Shown piece by piece: positions 26,768 to 41,282 of a DNA stretch of 64,000 nt. Source of the stretch: Octopus vulgaris. Lineage: Eukaryota. A program made the position numbers and the translations under genes. Positions within the stretch are counted from its first letter, which is position 1, and each line of letters begins with the position of its first letter. Under the pieces are notes generated by a model. The model made no database searches and was not told the origin of the DNA. It was given only the letters and a program-made list of their open reading frames with translations. The stretch covers positions 71,052,001 through 71,116,000 of the forward strand of contig OX597816.1 in the NCBI GenBank assembly GCA_951406725.2, read 5' to 3'.

Positions 26768-27468
26768 TATACACGTATGGATGTATATATGTATGTGTAT
26801 ATATATAGAGAGAGATAGAAAGATACATACATACATACTTACATACATATATACACAAATACATACGTATACACACACACATATATATATGTATGTATAT
26901 ATGTATGTATTTGTATATATATATATATATATGTATGTATGTGTATATATATAGAGAGAGAGAGAAAGAAAGATAGATAGATACATACATACATACATAC
27001 ATACATACATACATACATACATACATGCATACACGTGTATATATGTATGCACGTATGTATGTATTTAGATACCTATGTATGCATACGGATGTCTAACCAT
27101 CTGAATGGGCTTACGTTTCTAATCAATATTTCTAATATAAATAATGGTGGGTATTTGTAATTAATTTATTGCTACATTTCTAAAATATTCATCAGATTGT
27201 TCCTCATTGTTTGCCTTTCACCCGTTTTCTCTATCCTCATCATCCTCATCATCTTCTTCGTCATTTTCCCAATTATCATCTTAAAGGTCATCTTAGTCGC
27301 CATCATTCAATTTATTATCAACAATAATTATCATTTGTTGTTGTTGCTGTTTTTGTCATCATCATCATCATCATCATCCTCATCATCATCATCATCATCA
27401 TCATCATCGTCGTCATCATCATCATCATCATCATCATCGTCATCATCATCGTCATCATCATCGTCATC

Positions 27469-27499
<31 letters not shown>

Positions 27500-27585
27500 A
27501 GAGTCCTTTTTATGACAATTGTGATTATTACTATTAATGTATTTATATTCCGTCTTTATCTGAGATATGTGTTGTGCGTGTCTCG

Positions 27586-27645
<60 letters not shown>

Positions 27646-27762
27646 TGTGAATGCGTGTGTGTGTGTGTGTGTGTGTACACGTGTGCACATGTGAGTGTCT
27701 ATGCACTGTGTTTCTCCAGCTACGTATGTTTGTGAACATTATTATTAGTGTTGTTGTTGTTG

Positions 27763-27842
<80 letters not shown>

Positions 27843-28519
27843 TTTATTATTGAATATTTATTTATTTATAGCGTAGTTAGGAATGCGTTTCTTTCAAATT
27901 CTGTTAAACATTTTATTGCGGAATTGCGAAATTAAATGTGAGCAGAGATGGGAGTGGTCACTTGGATTTTGCGCCTCTATAAGGAATCAAAACTCTTCAC
28001 ATATATTTGTGTTTTATTATTGTTTTTGCCTTCCGTCGAAGTCGACTTTGCCTTTCATCCTTTCGGGGTCGATAAATTAAGTACCACTTACGTGCCGGAG
28101 TCTATCTAATCGATTTCCCCCCCTTCCCCCCAAATTTCGGGCCTTGTGTCTAGAAAAGAAAAGAATATTGTTTTTACTTTTCGTCTGTCTTTACGTTCTG
28201 AGTTCAAATTCCTCCGAGGTCGACTTTGCCTTTCATCCTTTCAGAGTCGATAAATTAAGTATCAGTTGCGTACTGAGGTCGATCTAATCCACTGGCCCCC
28301 TTCCCAAAAATTTCGGGCCTTGTGCCTGGGGTAGAAAAGAAACTTTCTGGACAACCCAATGTTATATTTATGTACGACAGGTTTCCGTCTACCAAGTTTT
28401 CTCATACAGCATTTGTTGATCAGGGACTATAGATGAAGTCTGTTCCCCAAGATGTCGCACAATGGGACTGAACCAGGAACACGTGGTTGCAGTGTGAGCT
28501 ACTTAACCATACAGCCATG

Positions 28520-29350
28520 GCGTTGTGCGAAGAAGAGATGATGAGAATCATGAGTCTGAAACACAGACCAGTCTGTTTATTTGGCACGAATACCCACCCA
28601 CCTTTATCCAAGATACCCTTTCCCACAACCGTGCTACTGAGCCCAGCTTGGCCCTTACATTCTACGTTGAAACCCATCCAAGTCTTCCCCTTTCACCTCA
28701 CCTTCCCGCCACCCTACCCTTCTGGTACACTATTCTTTGCTTCTTCGGCCTCCTCCAATCTGATCCTGTCAACCACTTCTCGTTTCTTCCCTCTTCCACA
28801 CAACCCCTTCTTTTGGCGTACCTACAAGTTTTGCAATTTTCTCATCTACAAATCCTCTTCCCTCACAACTGTTCTCTTCCTGGATCTCTGTCCTGTTTTC
28901 ATCCCCGCTGCCACTGCTACCCTTTTTTTTTTCAAACCATCATCCTCGCCTGACCCAACAACCATGGCTTCCATATTAGATGTACTTTTCAGATGTACTT
29001 TTAACACCTACGTATATACGGTCCAATGTTTCCTCTGACAGTTCGATCTACATTGGGCAAACCGGACACCTCCTGTCCAACAAATCAACAGAGTACTTCA
29101 ATGACATCCAACTTAGCAACGAGTTTTCCGCCTCGCTGACCGCACCACCGAACAGGTCTTGGTCTTCGGCTTTGATCTTCGACACTGCATTTTCCACCAC
29201 TCCGTTCAAAACGTAACAGAAGCTTATTTCCTTCCTCAAACTTCCAAGCATTTTGGTCTGATTCACCCTCTCACATGTTGTAATCTGCACTTCCTCATCT
29301 ACTCATTAATTATATCCCTTATCTCTCTGCGCCCTCTCCTTACTCATCTC
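28520..29350 (+). mobile_element. Decayed Penelope-like element (RT C-terminal region plus GIY-YIG endonuclease remnant)
   Basis: Fragments LQSDP...F...P.LLAY and YIGQTGHLLSNKSTEYFNDI resemble the PLE LQSDP/PLxSYRR and YIGQTGRxLxxRxxEHxxxI motifs; multiple frameshifts. Confidence 0.65.
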
Positions 29351-29704
29351 CTCTGCCCATCCCCATTTGAACTTCCATCCGTTCCTCTTAACTTACCCAA
29401 CCACACTTCTAGCCATCCCCTCCCCGCCACACACACACACATTAGCTTCTGCACGCTTCTCTTTTCAGCCGCCTTCCCTAACACAATCACACTTTATTCT
29501 TATGCGCACAGATGCGCACAGCTCTGTCTCTCTGCCGTCATGTCTCATTGAGAGACATATTCCCAAAGACCAGCATGCAAGCACATATCCACGAACGCCT
29601 AATTTCTTCACTTACTCATACATGTGTGAGCGATCACTGACATTCTTACACATACGTTCTTCCACTCCATCACACCTATCACTTACATACATGCACAGGC
29701 ACAT

Positions 29705-30003
29705 GATAGGCTGTGTGGTAAGTAGTTTGATTACCAACCACATGGTTCCGGGTTCAGTCCCACTGCGTGGTACCTTGGGCAAGTGTCTTCTACTATAGCC
29801 TTGTGAGCGGATTTGGTAGACGAAAACTGAAAGAAGCCCGTCGTATATGTGTGTGTGTTTGTGTGTCTGTGTTTCACTCCCCGCCGTTAGAATAAGTACT
29901 AGGCTTACAAAGAATAAGTCTTGGGGTCGATTTGTTCAACTAAAAGGCGGTGCTCCAGCATGGCTGCAGTTAAATGACTGAAACATATAAAAGAATAAAA
30001 GAA
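29705..30003 (+). mobile_element. Family B SINE with internal deletions
   Basis: ggctgtgtggtaagtag head and ggcggtgctccagcatggctgcag tail. Confidence 0.85.
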
Positions 30004-31054
30004 TTTGCACACACATACAAACACACCGGCACGAGAACAATCGCATACACAGACCCCTAGTCTTCACACATGCGCGCACGTGTACACACAATCACACATA
30101 CAAACACACTCACACAACCTCGTTCTCATATTCACACATTACCCATCAATTAGACTCAAGCCAATATTCTCATCCCCACAAGCCAACGCTACTATACTCC
30201 CACTCTTGCACACACACACACACACAAATACATGCACCACACTAAGACGCACAGACGCACCACTCTTCTTGAAACCAGCCTCTAGATAGAGGTACATCCT
30301 GATACATGCATCCACACACACACACGCGCCGCCTTCCTTCTGAGCTCCCACAACAGAATAGTATTCTCTCTGCTTTCTATCCTTTCCTTTTTGTCCTGTG
30401 TCCCATTTATAAGCATTCTATTCTTCTCTTTCCCTTTCTGTTTTTTTTCCCTCTTATTAAAGGATTTACGATATAAACGTTAATCTACTCTCATTCAAAT
30501 CTTATGTTATGAAAAGAGGGCAGTTCATTGCCCAGGTGTCGAAACCATTGCGATACCGAGAGGCAGCTGATGATGGATGTATACGAGTAATGTGCTTCTT
30601 GACTGTCAAGGAAGAATAACAGATGACTTTACACTAATCCCACTGAAGTCCCAACAGTTACAAATAACAAGTTAGGGGTGGGGTCACGATCGTTTGGGGG
30701 GTCATGAGCAAAGAGAGCCATGTAATGCCGCCTCACTTTTTCCCCCGAAAGGTCTTAGAGTCAATGCCAGAGCCTACATCGGAAACAGGGACGAGTGCCA
30801 AGCTGTAGATCGAGAGAGTTGCTAAGGAAGGAAGGCTGTATACGTTCCCTCTCACACAAACTACATGACCTAAGAGTGAAAAGGCGAAAATTTTCATCCT
30901 CGTGTTACCTCTAACATTTGATCTCTTAACTCTCCTGATTTAACCACCCCCACCTGGACTACTTTTCTTGGGGTGCCGTTGAGAGAGAGAGGGGGGAAAG
31001 AGAAAGAAAGACAGACAGACAGAAGGGAGAGAGAGACAGAGAGACCAACAAGCA

Positions 31055-31322
31055 TGTCCGCTATACCAAGGATTCATTGATGTAAGCTATTAAGGACATT
31101 ATGGCCAACATGAATAAAGATTACATCAATAAGATTATTAAGCAGTTCAGATGCAATACCGAGGCAGTAATCGATACTAGTGGCTCATTTATTGAATAGT
31201 CTTTTGCTATGTGTATGCGTAAAAATTTGTGTACCAAATTCTATAAAAACTTAAATTTTTCTAACAAAAGTTTTTATTTTCCTTAAATTAATTTCTCTTT
31301 TCAAATAGCCCACACACCCTGT
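31055..31322 (+). mobile_element. Tc1/mariner-type transposase 3' remnant with right TIR
   Basis: Translates ...AIKDIMANMNKDYINKIIKQFRCNTEAVIDTSGSFIE*, a typical DDE/D transposase C-terminus; ends cacaccctgt. Confidence 0.55.
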
Positions 31323-31954
31323 GTATATACGTGTGAGTGTGTGTGTATGTGTGTGTGTTCATAAATAAGTCTAATGTATATGCAACAAGACCCCCATGAA
31401 GCCAGAAAGCCTAAATAAGTATTACTATTTCCAGAATTAGAATCCCTATGAAAAATAGTCACGCAATATCAACATATGGTATAATATATATACAACAAAA
31501 TGCAATAAACAAAGAAAACAAGAACCGCTAAATATAAGATTTAGTCTACCAGAACTAGAAGTGCAATGGCGGACAACTTAAAACCACGAGATCAGAAAAT
31601 AAAAAAGATTGACAGTCAAGAAGCACATTACTCGTATACATCTATCATCAGCTGCCTCACGGTATCACAATGGTTTCGACTCCTGGGCAATACCATTCAA
31701 TACAATGGTATCAACAGTGTTACAAAGAGGAGAGAGAAAGAGAGATTTTCATATACGTGCATTTACGCGTATGTACGTGTGTGCCAATGAGAATGCGATC
31801 GATTTATTACCAATTTAATTAGATAATTAATCAAGAAAACTGTATACAAAGTACATGAAACATTGTATAAGTGTTTTATTTAGCAAAGTCCTATTATTGA
31901 ATTCAGCTGTTACCATCTCTGGCAGATGGTTCTACACACAGAAACACTCTTACG

Positions 31955-32012
<58 letters not shown>

Positions 32013-32529
32013 GGTTATATTCCAAGCTGTGACCTCGTGAAACACGTCTGCATATTCACATTAATCAAATGTATATATACAAATGTTTTATTTCGGATGA
32101 GATATACATAACAATTGAAATTTTTAGTGAATTCTACGTATTTGCAGAGTAATTATATATCAAAACAGAAGACTGGAAACAATTAAGTATCCTTTTTAAT
32201 TCCATGTTACACGTGTTACAAGATAGGAGTCAAAAAGACATACATGGAGAGAAAAAGTGTATCCAATCTCCAATCAGTATATCTTCATACAAAGATTCAA
32301 ACATAATACAAATTTACACTGGATGATGCTTAAGACTATAAATTGCAACATCATCCAGTTTACATTTGCATTATCTTTAAATGGTAGTCTGAAGAATCAC
32401 AGATAAAAGATTATATACATTTTTCTGCTTGTATAGCTTTGTAACTCCTATCCTGTAACGAAACACGTATAAAAAATATACCAAATTTTTTCCAGTCTTT
32501 TGTTTTGATACACACACACACACACGCAC

Positions 32530-32597
<68 letters not shown>

Positions 32598-33559
32598 GCG
32601 CATATTATCGACCGCACATACTTAATAAATGCATTTTATTTGCTTGCCTATTCGCTGCGGAATAGTGCCTGGGGACGCCTCCCTCATTACGCTGGATGTT
32701 AAAAGTCATAAACAGGAGAGATAACTCGCGCTCGATCTTATCCAGGAGTGATAGATAGCGATATTTCGCCATCTGTGTGACTTACCGACATCACGTTCCT
32801 GAAACGAATCGGGAACAAATCGAATCGTCAGTCTATGACTAAATATATAAATAATATAAAAACTGTCTGCTGATATGCCGTGGCAATGCATACGTAAAAT
32901 CAAATTCAATAAAAGATTAAAAGCAGTGCTAGTGTCGTAGACATTATCGACTACATATATTCAATGTATGTATTTTGTTGGTTCGCCGGTTCGCTGCGGT
33001 ATAGCGCCAGCGGGGACACACAGTATATTGAGACCTGTAAGCGACTGCCAAACTCCGACTTTGTCTTAAATTCTTCTGCAACAAAAGTAGAATGTAACAA
33101 CAATCCCACTATTATACATTCTTTTAAGATGGATTTTCAGTCAGTAGTTAAGTACACTTTGCTCAGATGTGGATGTTGGAACTATAGGTATATTATGAAT
33201 ATCTAGTGTTTATTGACAAATATGTAATCCCTAATGATTGAGGAGTCTGCCTTCTGAAATTAATACGACCACAGATAGTACCAGTGAGATTACCTTAAGG
33301 TCCTTTTTTGCAGAGGTCTGCAACCTTTTCTGCGCTACGGACTGAGACAAGACGAATTTTCCACGGACCGGCATATCACATGCATAACAAAACACAAAAT
33401 CTATAATATATAATTTAATTATTACACATACAATGTGAGTCAGATTCTTCAGTAGCTTCGTCCTTATACGCGAGTTGCTGGTTACGAGGCAAAGCGTCAC
33501 AGAATGGTCCTTACTAGGAATATCATTACGAGAGTATATTTGTAACGAGGCAGTGTGAA

Positions 33560-33800
33560 CGATGTGATTGCAGAATATCAAAAGTAGAAGTTCTACTGGG
33601 ATGGACACGTTGTTAAGTTCACGGACAACTGGTGGATCCGTGCAGTTGCCGAGTAGTATCCAAGAAACTGGGAAAGGGCACTTGGAAGGCCTCTGCGACG
33701 ACGGGAAGACGATTTAGTGAAGCAGTTTGGGATAAGGTAGAAAATAATGGCACAATCAACAAAGAAGAAGAAGCACATTGTGGCCAGCGAATCATGACAA
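33560..33800 (+). mobile_element. RTE-like LINE 3' remnant inside an old hAT-like MITE (~33311-33992)
   Basis: GHVVKFTDNWWIRAVAE*YPRNWERALGRP resembles the RTE WAGHV...W...W.P...R..GRP motif. Confidence 0.5.
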
Positions 33801-34239
33801 CATCAAGTAGCAAAGTCGATAATATCATAATGTAATATATAATGTATATATATATTACTTATATTATACTCATATAATACAAAAACGCACCGCAAAATGC
33901 AATATTTAATAAAATAGAAATAACATTTTTAGATTTATTCTTTCTGTGCGGCCCGGTACCAAATGATCCATGGCCCTGTAATTGAGCATCCTGCCCTCCT
34001 GAACACTACTTCGAGTGCCTGCAGTTTTCGGGCATTACGTTATACTCTTTGATGGACTTGCTACTACTCTTAGTTGCATACCACAATTTGCTTCAATTCT
34101 ATGCGAGATATTTCCATTTAACAGCATTGAGGCTAATTTTTTCCTGATCATGAAATTTATTTTAATTTTTTTTTCTTTTGATTTGTGTTGTGGGTGATTG
34201 TCTAGAGCTATTTTCTCATAACTTAATTGCATCAGAAGC

Positions 34240-34500
34240 CTTAGATTATCAAAACGGATGACTTAATCAACCCATTACTAATGATAATTATACGGTGAAC
34301 TTCCGATGCTGAACTCCCTGGCCATTTCAACACTTCGGTACTCGATATAAAAGATTTCCAACTAATGTTTAATGCGCACCTTAAACACTTCCGATGGACT
34401 ATTCCAAGGATTTTTATGTGTCGCCGAAATGATGTCCATATCTCAGATGAACATAACAAAGGATGTGATGACGCAAGATTCATCGATGAAGAGCTTGGTG
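34240..34500 (-). mobile_element. RTE-clade LINE remnant
   Basis: PLLCSSEIWTSFRRHIKILGIVHRKCLRCALNISWKSFISSTEVL matches the RTE LLYGSETW...RCLR.IL.I.W...N.EVL motif. Confidence 0.65.
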
Positions 34501-34914
34501 AAAAGTCTCAAGTCCCTATCTGTCTAGGTTCGTTTCTCGTGCATTTCAAACACTACAGAAGCCTACTCTATGCTCAAGTTGGTCTCAGAAAATAAGGATT
34601 GATCTCTGTATCTCTTAAACAAGTATACTTAGTACCAATATACGGATTACTTGGAGCAGGTATAAACAGAACTAAATTTTGCGTGTTTATTGTAAATTCG
34701 AAAGAAGCATAGGTACTAAAAAAGATTGCCATTATTTTCATATTATTTCGCTCTGAGTGAGCCAGTGTCACAATTCCCCTTTAGCAAGTTTGAGTTGATC
34801 TAACGAAAGCTTTCGAAACGGTAAATATAAATGCAGTGGAGTGTCTGGGTGGCCTTATATTGATATATATTTTAAATGCAAAGAATTTGGGCTGGAACAA
34901 AAATTGTTTTCATG

Positions 34915-35665
34915 CTGGTTTCAGATTTAGGTACAAGGCTAGCGATTTCGGGAAAGAAATAAACCGATTACATCGACTCCATTGCCCAACTGATACTTAT
35001 TTTATCAACTCCGAGAGGATGAAAGGAAAAGCCGACCTGGACGGAATTTGAACGCAGAACGTCAAGACGGACGAATTGTTGCTAAGTATTTCGCCCGGCC
35101 TGCTAATATTCTGCCAGCTCACGGCCTTGGAAATTGTCTACATGTTACAAATGAAAATGTGCCCCGTCATTATGAGAGGTATAGCATTTAGTCAAAACAA
35201 GCAGTGTTTTCAATTTGTATACCCTTGTAAATATTCTTTTCTACTCTAGGCGCAAGGCCCGAAATTTTTGGGGAGGGGGCCTGTCGATTAGATCGACCCA
35301 TGTACGCAACTGGTACTTAAGTTATCGCCCCCCGAAAGGATGAAAAGTAAAGTCAACCTTTGCGGAATTTGCACTCAGAACGGAAAGACAGACGAAATAC
35401 CGCAAAGCATTTCGCCCGGTGTGCTACCGTTTCTTATTTCTTTATTGCCCACAAGGGGCTACACACAGAGGGGATAAACAAGGAGAGACAAACGGATTAA
35501 GTCGATTATATCGACTCCAGTGCGTAACTGGTACTTATTTAATCGACCCTGAAAGGATGAAAGGCAAAGTCGACCTCGGCGGAATTTGAACTCGGAACGT
35601 AGCGGCAGACGAAATACCGCTAAGCATTTCGCCCGGCGTGCTAACGGTTCTGCCAGCTCGCCGTC
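34915..35665 (-). mobile_element. Family A SINE cluster including a dimer
   Basis: Repeated aaggatgaaa...gtcgacctcggcggaatttgaactc cores. Confidence 0.85.
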
Positions 35666-36288
35666 TTTTTCCCTTGTGAATATTGACTAACAAGAAATTA
35701 TTATATACTCATATCTGAATATAGTCAAAATAGACCTCTTAAAGAATTCATATTCCTCTCACTGAGAAATAGACAAGGATCAGTCAAAGAATTCAATATG
35801 ATTGTTACAAATAATTAAATAGTGAGTGTATGGATCCTCATTAGAAACAAGGCTAAGAATATTTAGGTTATTTTAACGTAATTTGTTTTATTTTCCGCGT
35901 ATAATTTCCCGAGAAATATATACATACACACACATATGTGTGCATGCACGTTTGTGTGTGCGTGTCTAAACCTGCTTAGTAGACATACAAACATATCAAT
36001 TTTACTTATTTATCCGTAGACTGCAAAAATGGTAAACAACCTTAATCGGCTTTCAACCTTCATTAGGGTTTCATCAGAGATGTCTATATCATTTGACCAA
36101 TTCCAAAGAATACATCTAACATGCATGTGCATATACATATACATTATCCTTCTTAAATCCTTCTTTCTTTTCTATTTTACAGAGCCCTTTGCTAAATTTT
36201 TGCACAAAGAAATATTGTTTGTTTTTCTATGAAATATCTATTTTATCATTGTTATAAAGTTGGATATATGTATACATACATGCATGTA

Positions 36289-36384
<96 letters not shown>

Positions 36385-37648
36385 CGTGCGCATACATATA
36401 TGTGCATATATAAGCGTATATATAAGCATGTGAGTACATTCACACATACACATACATAATTGCAAAGAATTGCAATAAACCTCATCGGAGCAAGAATGGA
36501 CAATGTAATTAGCAAAATAAAAACAGAACACAAAGGCAAATGCATTTTTTGTCAAATAATTTGTATTTCACTGAAGTATTATTGAAAAAAGAGAAAAAAA
36601 AAAAGACAGGAAAAATCACTAAAGTGTTTTAGCCTTAATTTATAAATACATTATCAATTGACCTTCATTATTTCATGCTACTGTTCGGCATTGTTATTGT
36701 TACGCTTTCTTTGAAGCATTAGGAACGATAACAGCAATGACAACACCAATGTAACTCTACGTGGTTGGCCAACCTGCTAAAAATGGTAATCAAATCTTTC
36801 TCGCCTCAACTCCTGATGAAAAAAAAAAAAGAGAGAGAGAGAGAGAGAAAAGATGAAAATACACATTGGATAATGTGGTACTGGTTATAACAAACGCAGG
36901 CCTAGTGGTCATTTCAAGGACCTACAAGAGATGAGGAGTTTCAGTCGGTATATTAGTCCGGAGGCCAGAAAATCATGACGGAACACGTGAATATGTAGCT
37001 TGTACCTCTCTTACACAGAAACACACTCACAAATTTTCAAGACCACTTCGAATTTTGTATGTATGTATGTATTGTTCTGTCTCATGCTTTGGGTTTCATC
37101 AGGCCGGCTGTCCCTTTCTTTATAACTTATAAGTGAGCGAGATCACAGCATTCCGTTTGAACGGGACACCAATCCGTTGCACGGTTAATCATTTACAGCC
37201 GAGGGGACTACAGCGACGTGAAATGCAGTGTTTTAATCAAGAACATAATGCGCCACCCGGTCGACAATCGTATGTACAACACCCAAAGCGTTGAGCCAAG
37301 AGCTTTCATCCTTGAATTTTAAATGGAGATTTATTCCTCGACCCCACAAGTCTCAAACGAAGTTTTGTTTCGCTTTAGGAAATTTCTCGTAGAAGTCTAT
37401 AGTCACTGCAAGAATGTCTTTGATTATAAGATCTACTGGATCAGGTTTGGTCTGGCACTAAGCAACAACAACAACTACAGTAACAACCTATAATTAAGTT
37501 TCAAATTAATTTATATATTTTGCAGTTATTCTCACGTGAGGAGTAACAGACGTTTGTCGCATAATGATTTTATCTCGATACGAGTCAGTGGATCAGGTCA
37601 AAAGCGAATGGGTCAAATTTGGTGTTGGTGGTGGTGGTGGTGATGTAG

Positions 37649-37706
<58 letters not shown>

Positions 37707-38491
37707 ATCGCAGTAGTATTAAGGTGGTTTTACAAAGAGCTCACACCGCCATGCACGCGAGAACGAACTCAGTACAGCAAGATAACTAGTTATTCGTCAT
37801 TTCTAGAGTGCTGTCATTGTTGCTACGGAAGGTGGTAGTATCACCTATGTTGTAGCTTGACCTGATAGCAAAATAACAATCAAATCTTTCTCCAATTAGA
37901 TACTTTCTTAAAGCAGAAAAGAGACACGAAATAATGTATCCACTGCTATATTCGTTGCGGTTCTCTGCGCTCTGAGCTCGAACCCGTCACGGTTACTTTG
38001 CTTCACATCATTTTTACGCTGATAGATAAAATACCAGTACAGCACTGGGTCGATTCTTCGCTTTCTCTCTATATACAGCGTGGGCCAAAAGTCACGCATC
38101 ATTTTATTCATATTACGTTATTATTACTATTATTCATTTTGTTCATCATGTACAAGAACGTGTGTATTCATCATTATTTTATTGATTTTATTCAATTTTA
38201 GAAAAATTGAAGCATGTCTGGCAATTTCGGAGCATATTGAACTTCCTTTTAGCATGACTTTTGGTCCACCCTATATTTTCTTTCTGGATTGTGCCAGTGA
38301 TTCGTTTCGAATATTCCTCAGATATAAGATCTCTTTGTCTGAGTTGATCTCTGATCAAGCAGATATATAGCCCCTAGGTAGCCAGTCGAACAACTGTGAT
38401 CCACAGGCTCTGTGTAATCAAATGCGATCCACATAATCCAGCGTAACTCGGAGACACAGCGTGAATAGCAGATTTAGTGAGAGCAATAGAT

Positions 38492-38902
38492 GGATCTTTT
38501 CGGTTTGAACGGCAGTTTTTTCTAGCGGTGTCATATGAAATTGTCACCCATAATTATGACCCTAGTATCGATCTATTGCATTTCAACCTGTTTTAGGGTT
38601 AGGGTTTGTTAGGAAGGGTATATTTTTTTTCTTCAGAAATGTAAATAAACCCAATCTGTTTCTTAAACGAGGGACATATTCATACGGCACAGAATGTTTT
38701 CACCTCAATAGACGTATTTGATTGGTTGAAATTGCAGAAATTGAAGAAAAAACCCACAAATATCTTACAAACATTAGAATTTTCTCAATAAAGCCAAGAG
38801 AAAAAGATGTTTTATAAACACATTCTACCAGTATACGAAGTTTAAATTTTTTTAGTTACCTAGAAATTATGTTAAAAACTGCCATTCAAACCGAAAAGAT
38901 CC
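38492..38902. mobile_element. GGATC-terminus MITE with 8-bp TSD (same family as 6434-7053)
   Basis: TIR ggatcttttcggtttgaacggcag / ctgccattcaaaccgaaaagatcc; TSD caatagat at 38484-38491 and 38903-38910; internal ttagggttaggg. Confidence 0.9.
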
Positions 38903-38929
38903 CAATAGATCTTTTATTATCTACAAAGC

Positions 38930-39263
38930 CAGTATGACCGACAAATCCAGGATGACCAGCAGATCCATTATCATAACTTGTATGGTTTCATATATCCAGC
39001 TGAACCATAGATCGAGTGTAATTAACACATCCAGAGTGACCTAAAGATTTAATTTGACTCTAACACAGATTCTTTGTGACTCAGAGAAAGAGTGTGACAG
39101 AGAGCCTGTGTGACACACAAATCTATTGTGAAAGACATATCCTGAGTGACTCACAGATATAGTTTGACCCACAGATCCTGTGTGACTTACAGATATAATG
39201 TGACATAGGTCCTGTGTGTCTCACAGGTAGGGTGTGACACAGATCCTGTGTGACTCACAGGTC
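38930..39263. repeat. Degenerate ~17-18-bp minisatellite (gtgtgactcacagatcct-like)
   Basis: Recurrent gtgtgac...cacagat units; similar units lie left of the MITE at ~38390-38490. Confidence 0.7.
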
Positions 39264-40793
39264 AATATTATAGAGTAGTTGTGTGGCCACCAAACCAACC
39301 CTGATCGAACTGTTCATGAGACATTCCTTCCGTGACCATCTCGTCTTTTATTATTTGTTGACAAGTGTACCCTGTATTATAGTATTCAATGTGTCTTTCA
39401 GATGATAGAGATTGATCTGAGGAATTATCTAGCTATTACTTCTAGTAGATCGAGTGATGAAATAAAATTGATCTTATGCTGGGGGTACTGCTGCTACTGG
39501 TTATCATAATAGTGGTGGTGGTGGTGCTGGTAATGGTGGCAATAGTGGTGGAACTGTTGTTGCTGTTGTTGCTGCTGGTTGTCGTGGTGACAGCAATGGC
39601 GGCGGCGATGATGGTTGTTGTTGCTATTGTATTGCTAGAGATTAATGTTATTGCCTTTATTGATCCCTTTGATCCCTAAATACCCCTGATCGAGCAGGCC
39701 TGTGATCAAGGACACTCCAACCATGACAATACCGTAAGTTTTTAATCTATTTATTGGTATGCAGGACTACATTAGATAGCATATCCTTTCTTCAGTTAAA
39801 AGGGTTAGTGTTTGATTTGGGAAATATTCGACTATCATATCTAGCAAGTCAATTAACCACATTGAGGGTCCGTTTCTTCTGTGTGGTGTTGTGGTTTAGT
39901 ATTCCAGTGTAGAACTTAACTGCATGTTGTTTGATTATTGTTATTGTTAATATCATACCGGGAGAACACAAAGGAAAGATGGTGTTACTTGCTCAGAATA
40001 ATAATAACGTTGTGTAGCAAAACTTTTATTTATTTTTGTCTTCGGTCAGCAAGTGTTATTCCTTATTTGTTTCTATCTAGGAATAGAAAGGAATTACTTC
40101 TATTCCCTTAAACTTTGCTTTTGTGACCTGGACATCAATGTTTTGAAACTGACCTATTTTCCATTATGTTTCAGAAAGATCCAGCACTGAGTTGCGGAAG
40201 AAACATCGTTTTAGCAAATATTCTGCTCAATACCACAAATTTGTTTGTCAGTTATTTGACCTTAACGATTTGAGCATATCCCTCAGTGGCTGACAACGTG
40301 CATCTCTGATCATGAGCAGGAGTAGTGGCGGGGCATCATAGCCATGTGTTTAGAGGGATTCTTTGAGATTTTAATAAAAGTAACAAAAGCAAAGTTTAAA
40401 AGAAACATTAGCCATTTTTTCATACGTGTTAGGAGAAAGCAGACAGGAAATAACGGTTGCTATCCAAGAACAAAAATAGTGTTACACAGTGGGATAATAA
40501 TCTATGATATACAACTATCCAGAATGCTCGTATCCCGGGATGAAATTAAGTGTACATACGGACATTCATACAAACATAAATGCATGCCTTTATTTGTGTG
40601 TATTTATATGTATGTATGCAGATAGGTAGGTAAGTAAATAGGTAGGCATGCATATATGCATGTATGCGTATGTGTGCATATTTGTCTATGTGTTGTTGTT
40701 TTTTTGCGTATCTAAGCATGATATGGGAATGTATGGATAGATGGATGGATCACATACAGGCCATTCCATTGCTTTTATATCTGTCTCTGTCTT

Positions 40794-40794
<1 letters not shown>

Positions 40795-40844
<50 letters not shown>

Positions 40845-41174
40845 ATATATATATATATATATTTCATACATACATACATACACATATATATGTGTATATA
40901 CACACATGTACGTAACTATATATGCATATATACATATGTCAATAGTCATATTATATACATATATAAATATACATATATATATATATGCATACACATATAT
41001 ACATATACACATATGCGTATATACATATACACATATATACATATACACATATACACATATGCATACACACATATACATATATACATACATGTATATACAT
41101 ACATATATATAATTATATACATATACATATATACAGATATATATATATACATATACATATATATATACATATAC

Positions 41175-41206
<32 letters not shown>

Positions 41207-41262
41207 CCACATATATCCACATATACATATACACATATATACATATACATATATACATATAC
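40795..41262. repeat. (CT)n plus (TACATA)n microsatellite block
   Basis: Directly visible. Confidence 0.9.
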
Positions 41263-41282
41263 AGATTTTTTTTTTTCATATA

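Noticed and set aside
27197-27935. Poly-S, poly-L and poly-I membrane-protein-like ORFs
   Set aside because: These derive from (TCA)n, (TTA)n and (TG)n microsatellites.
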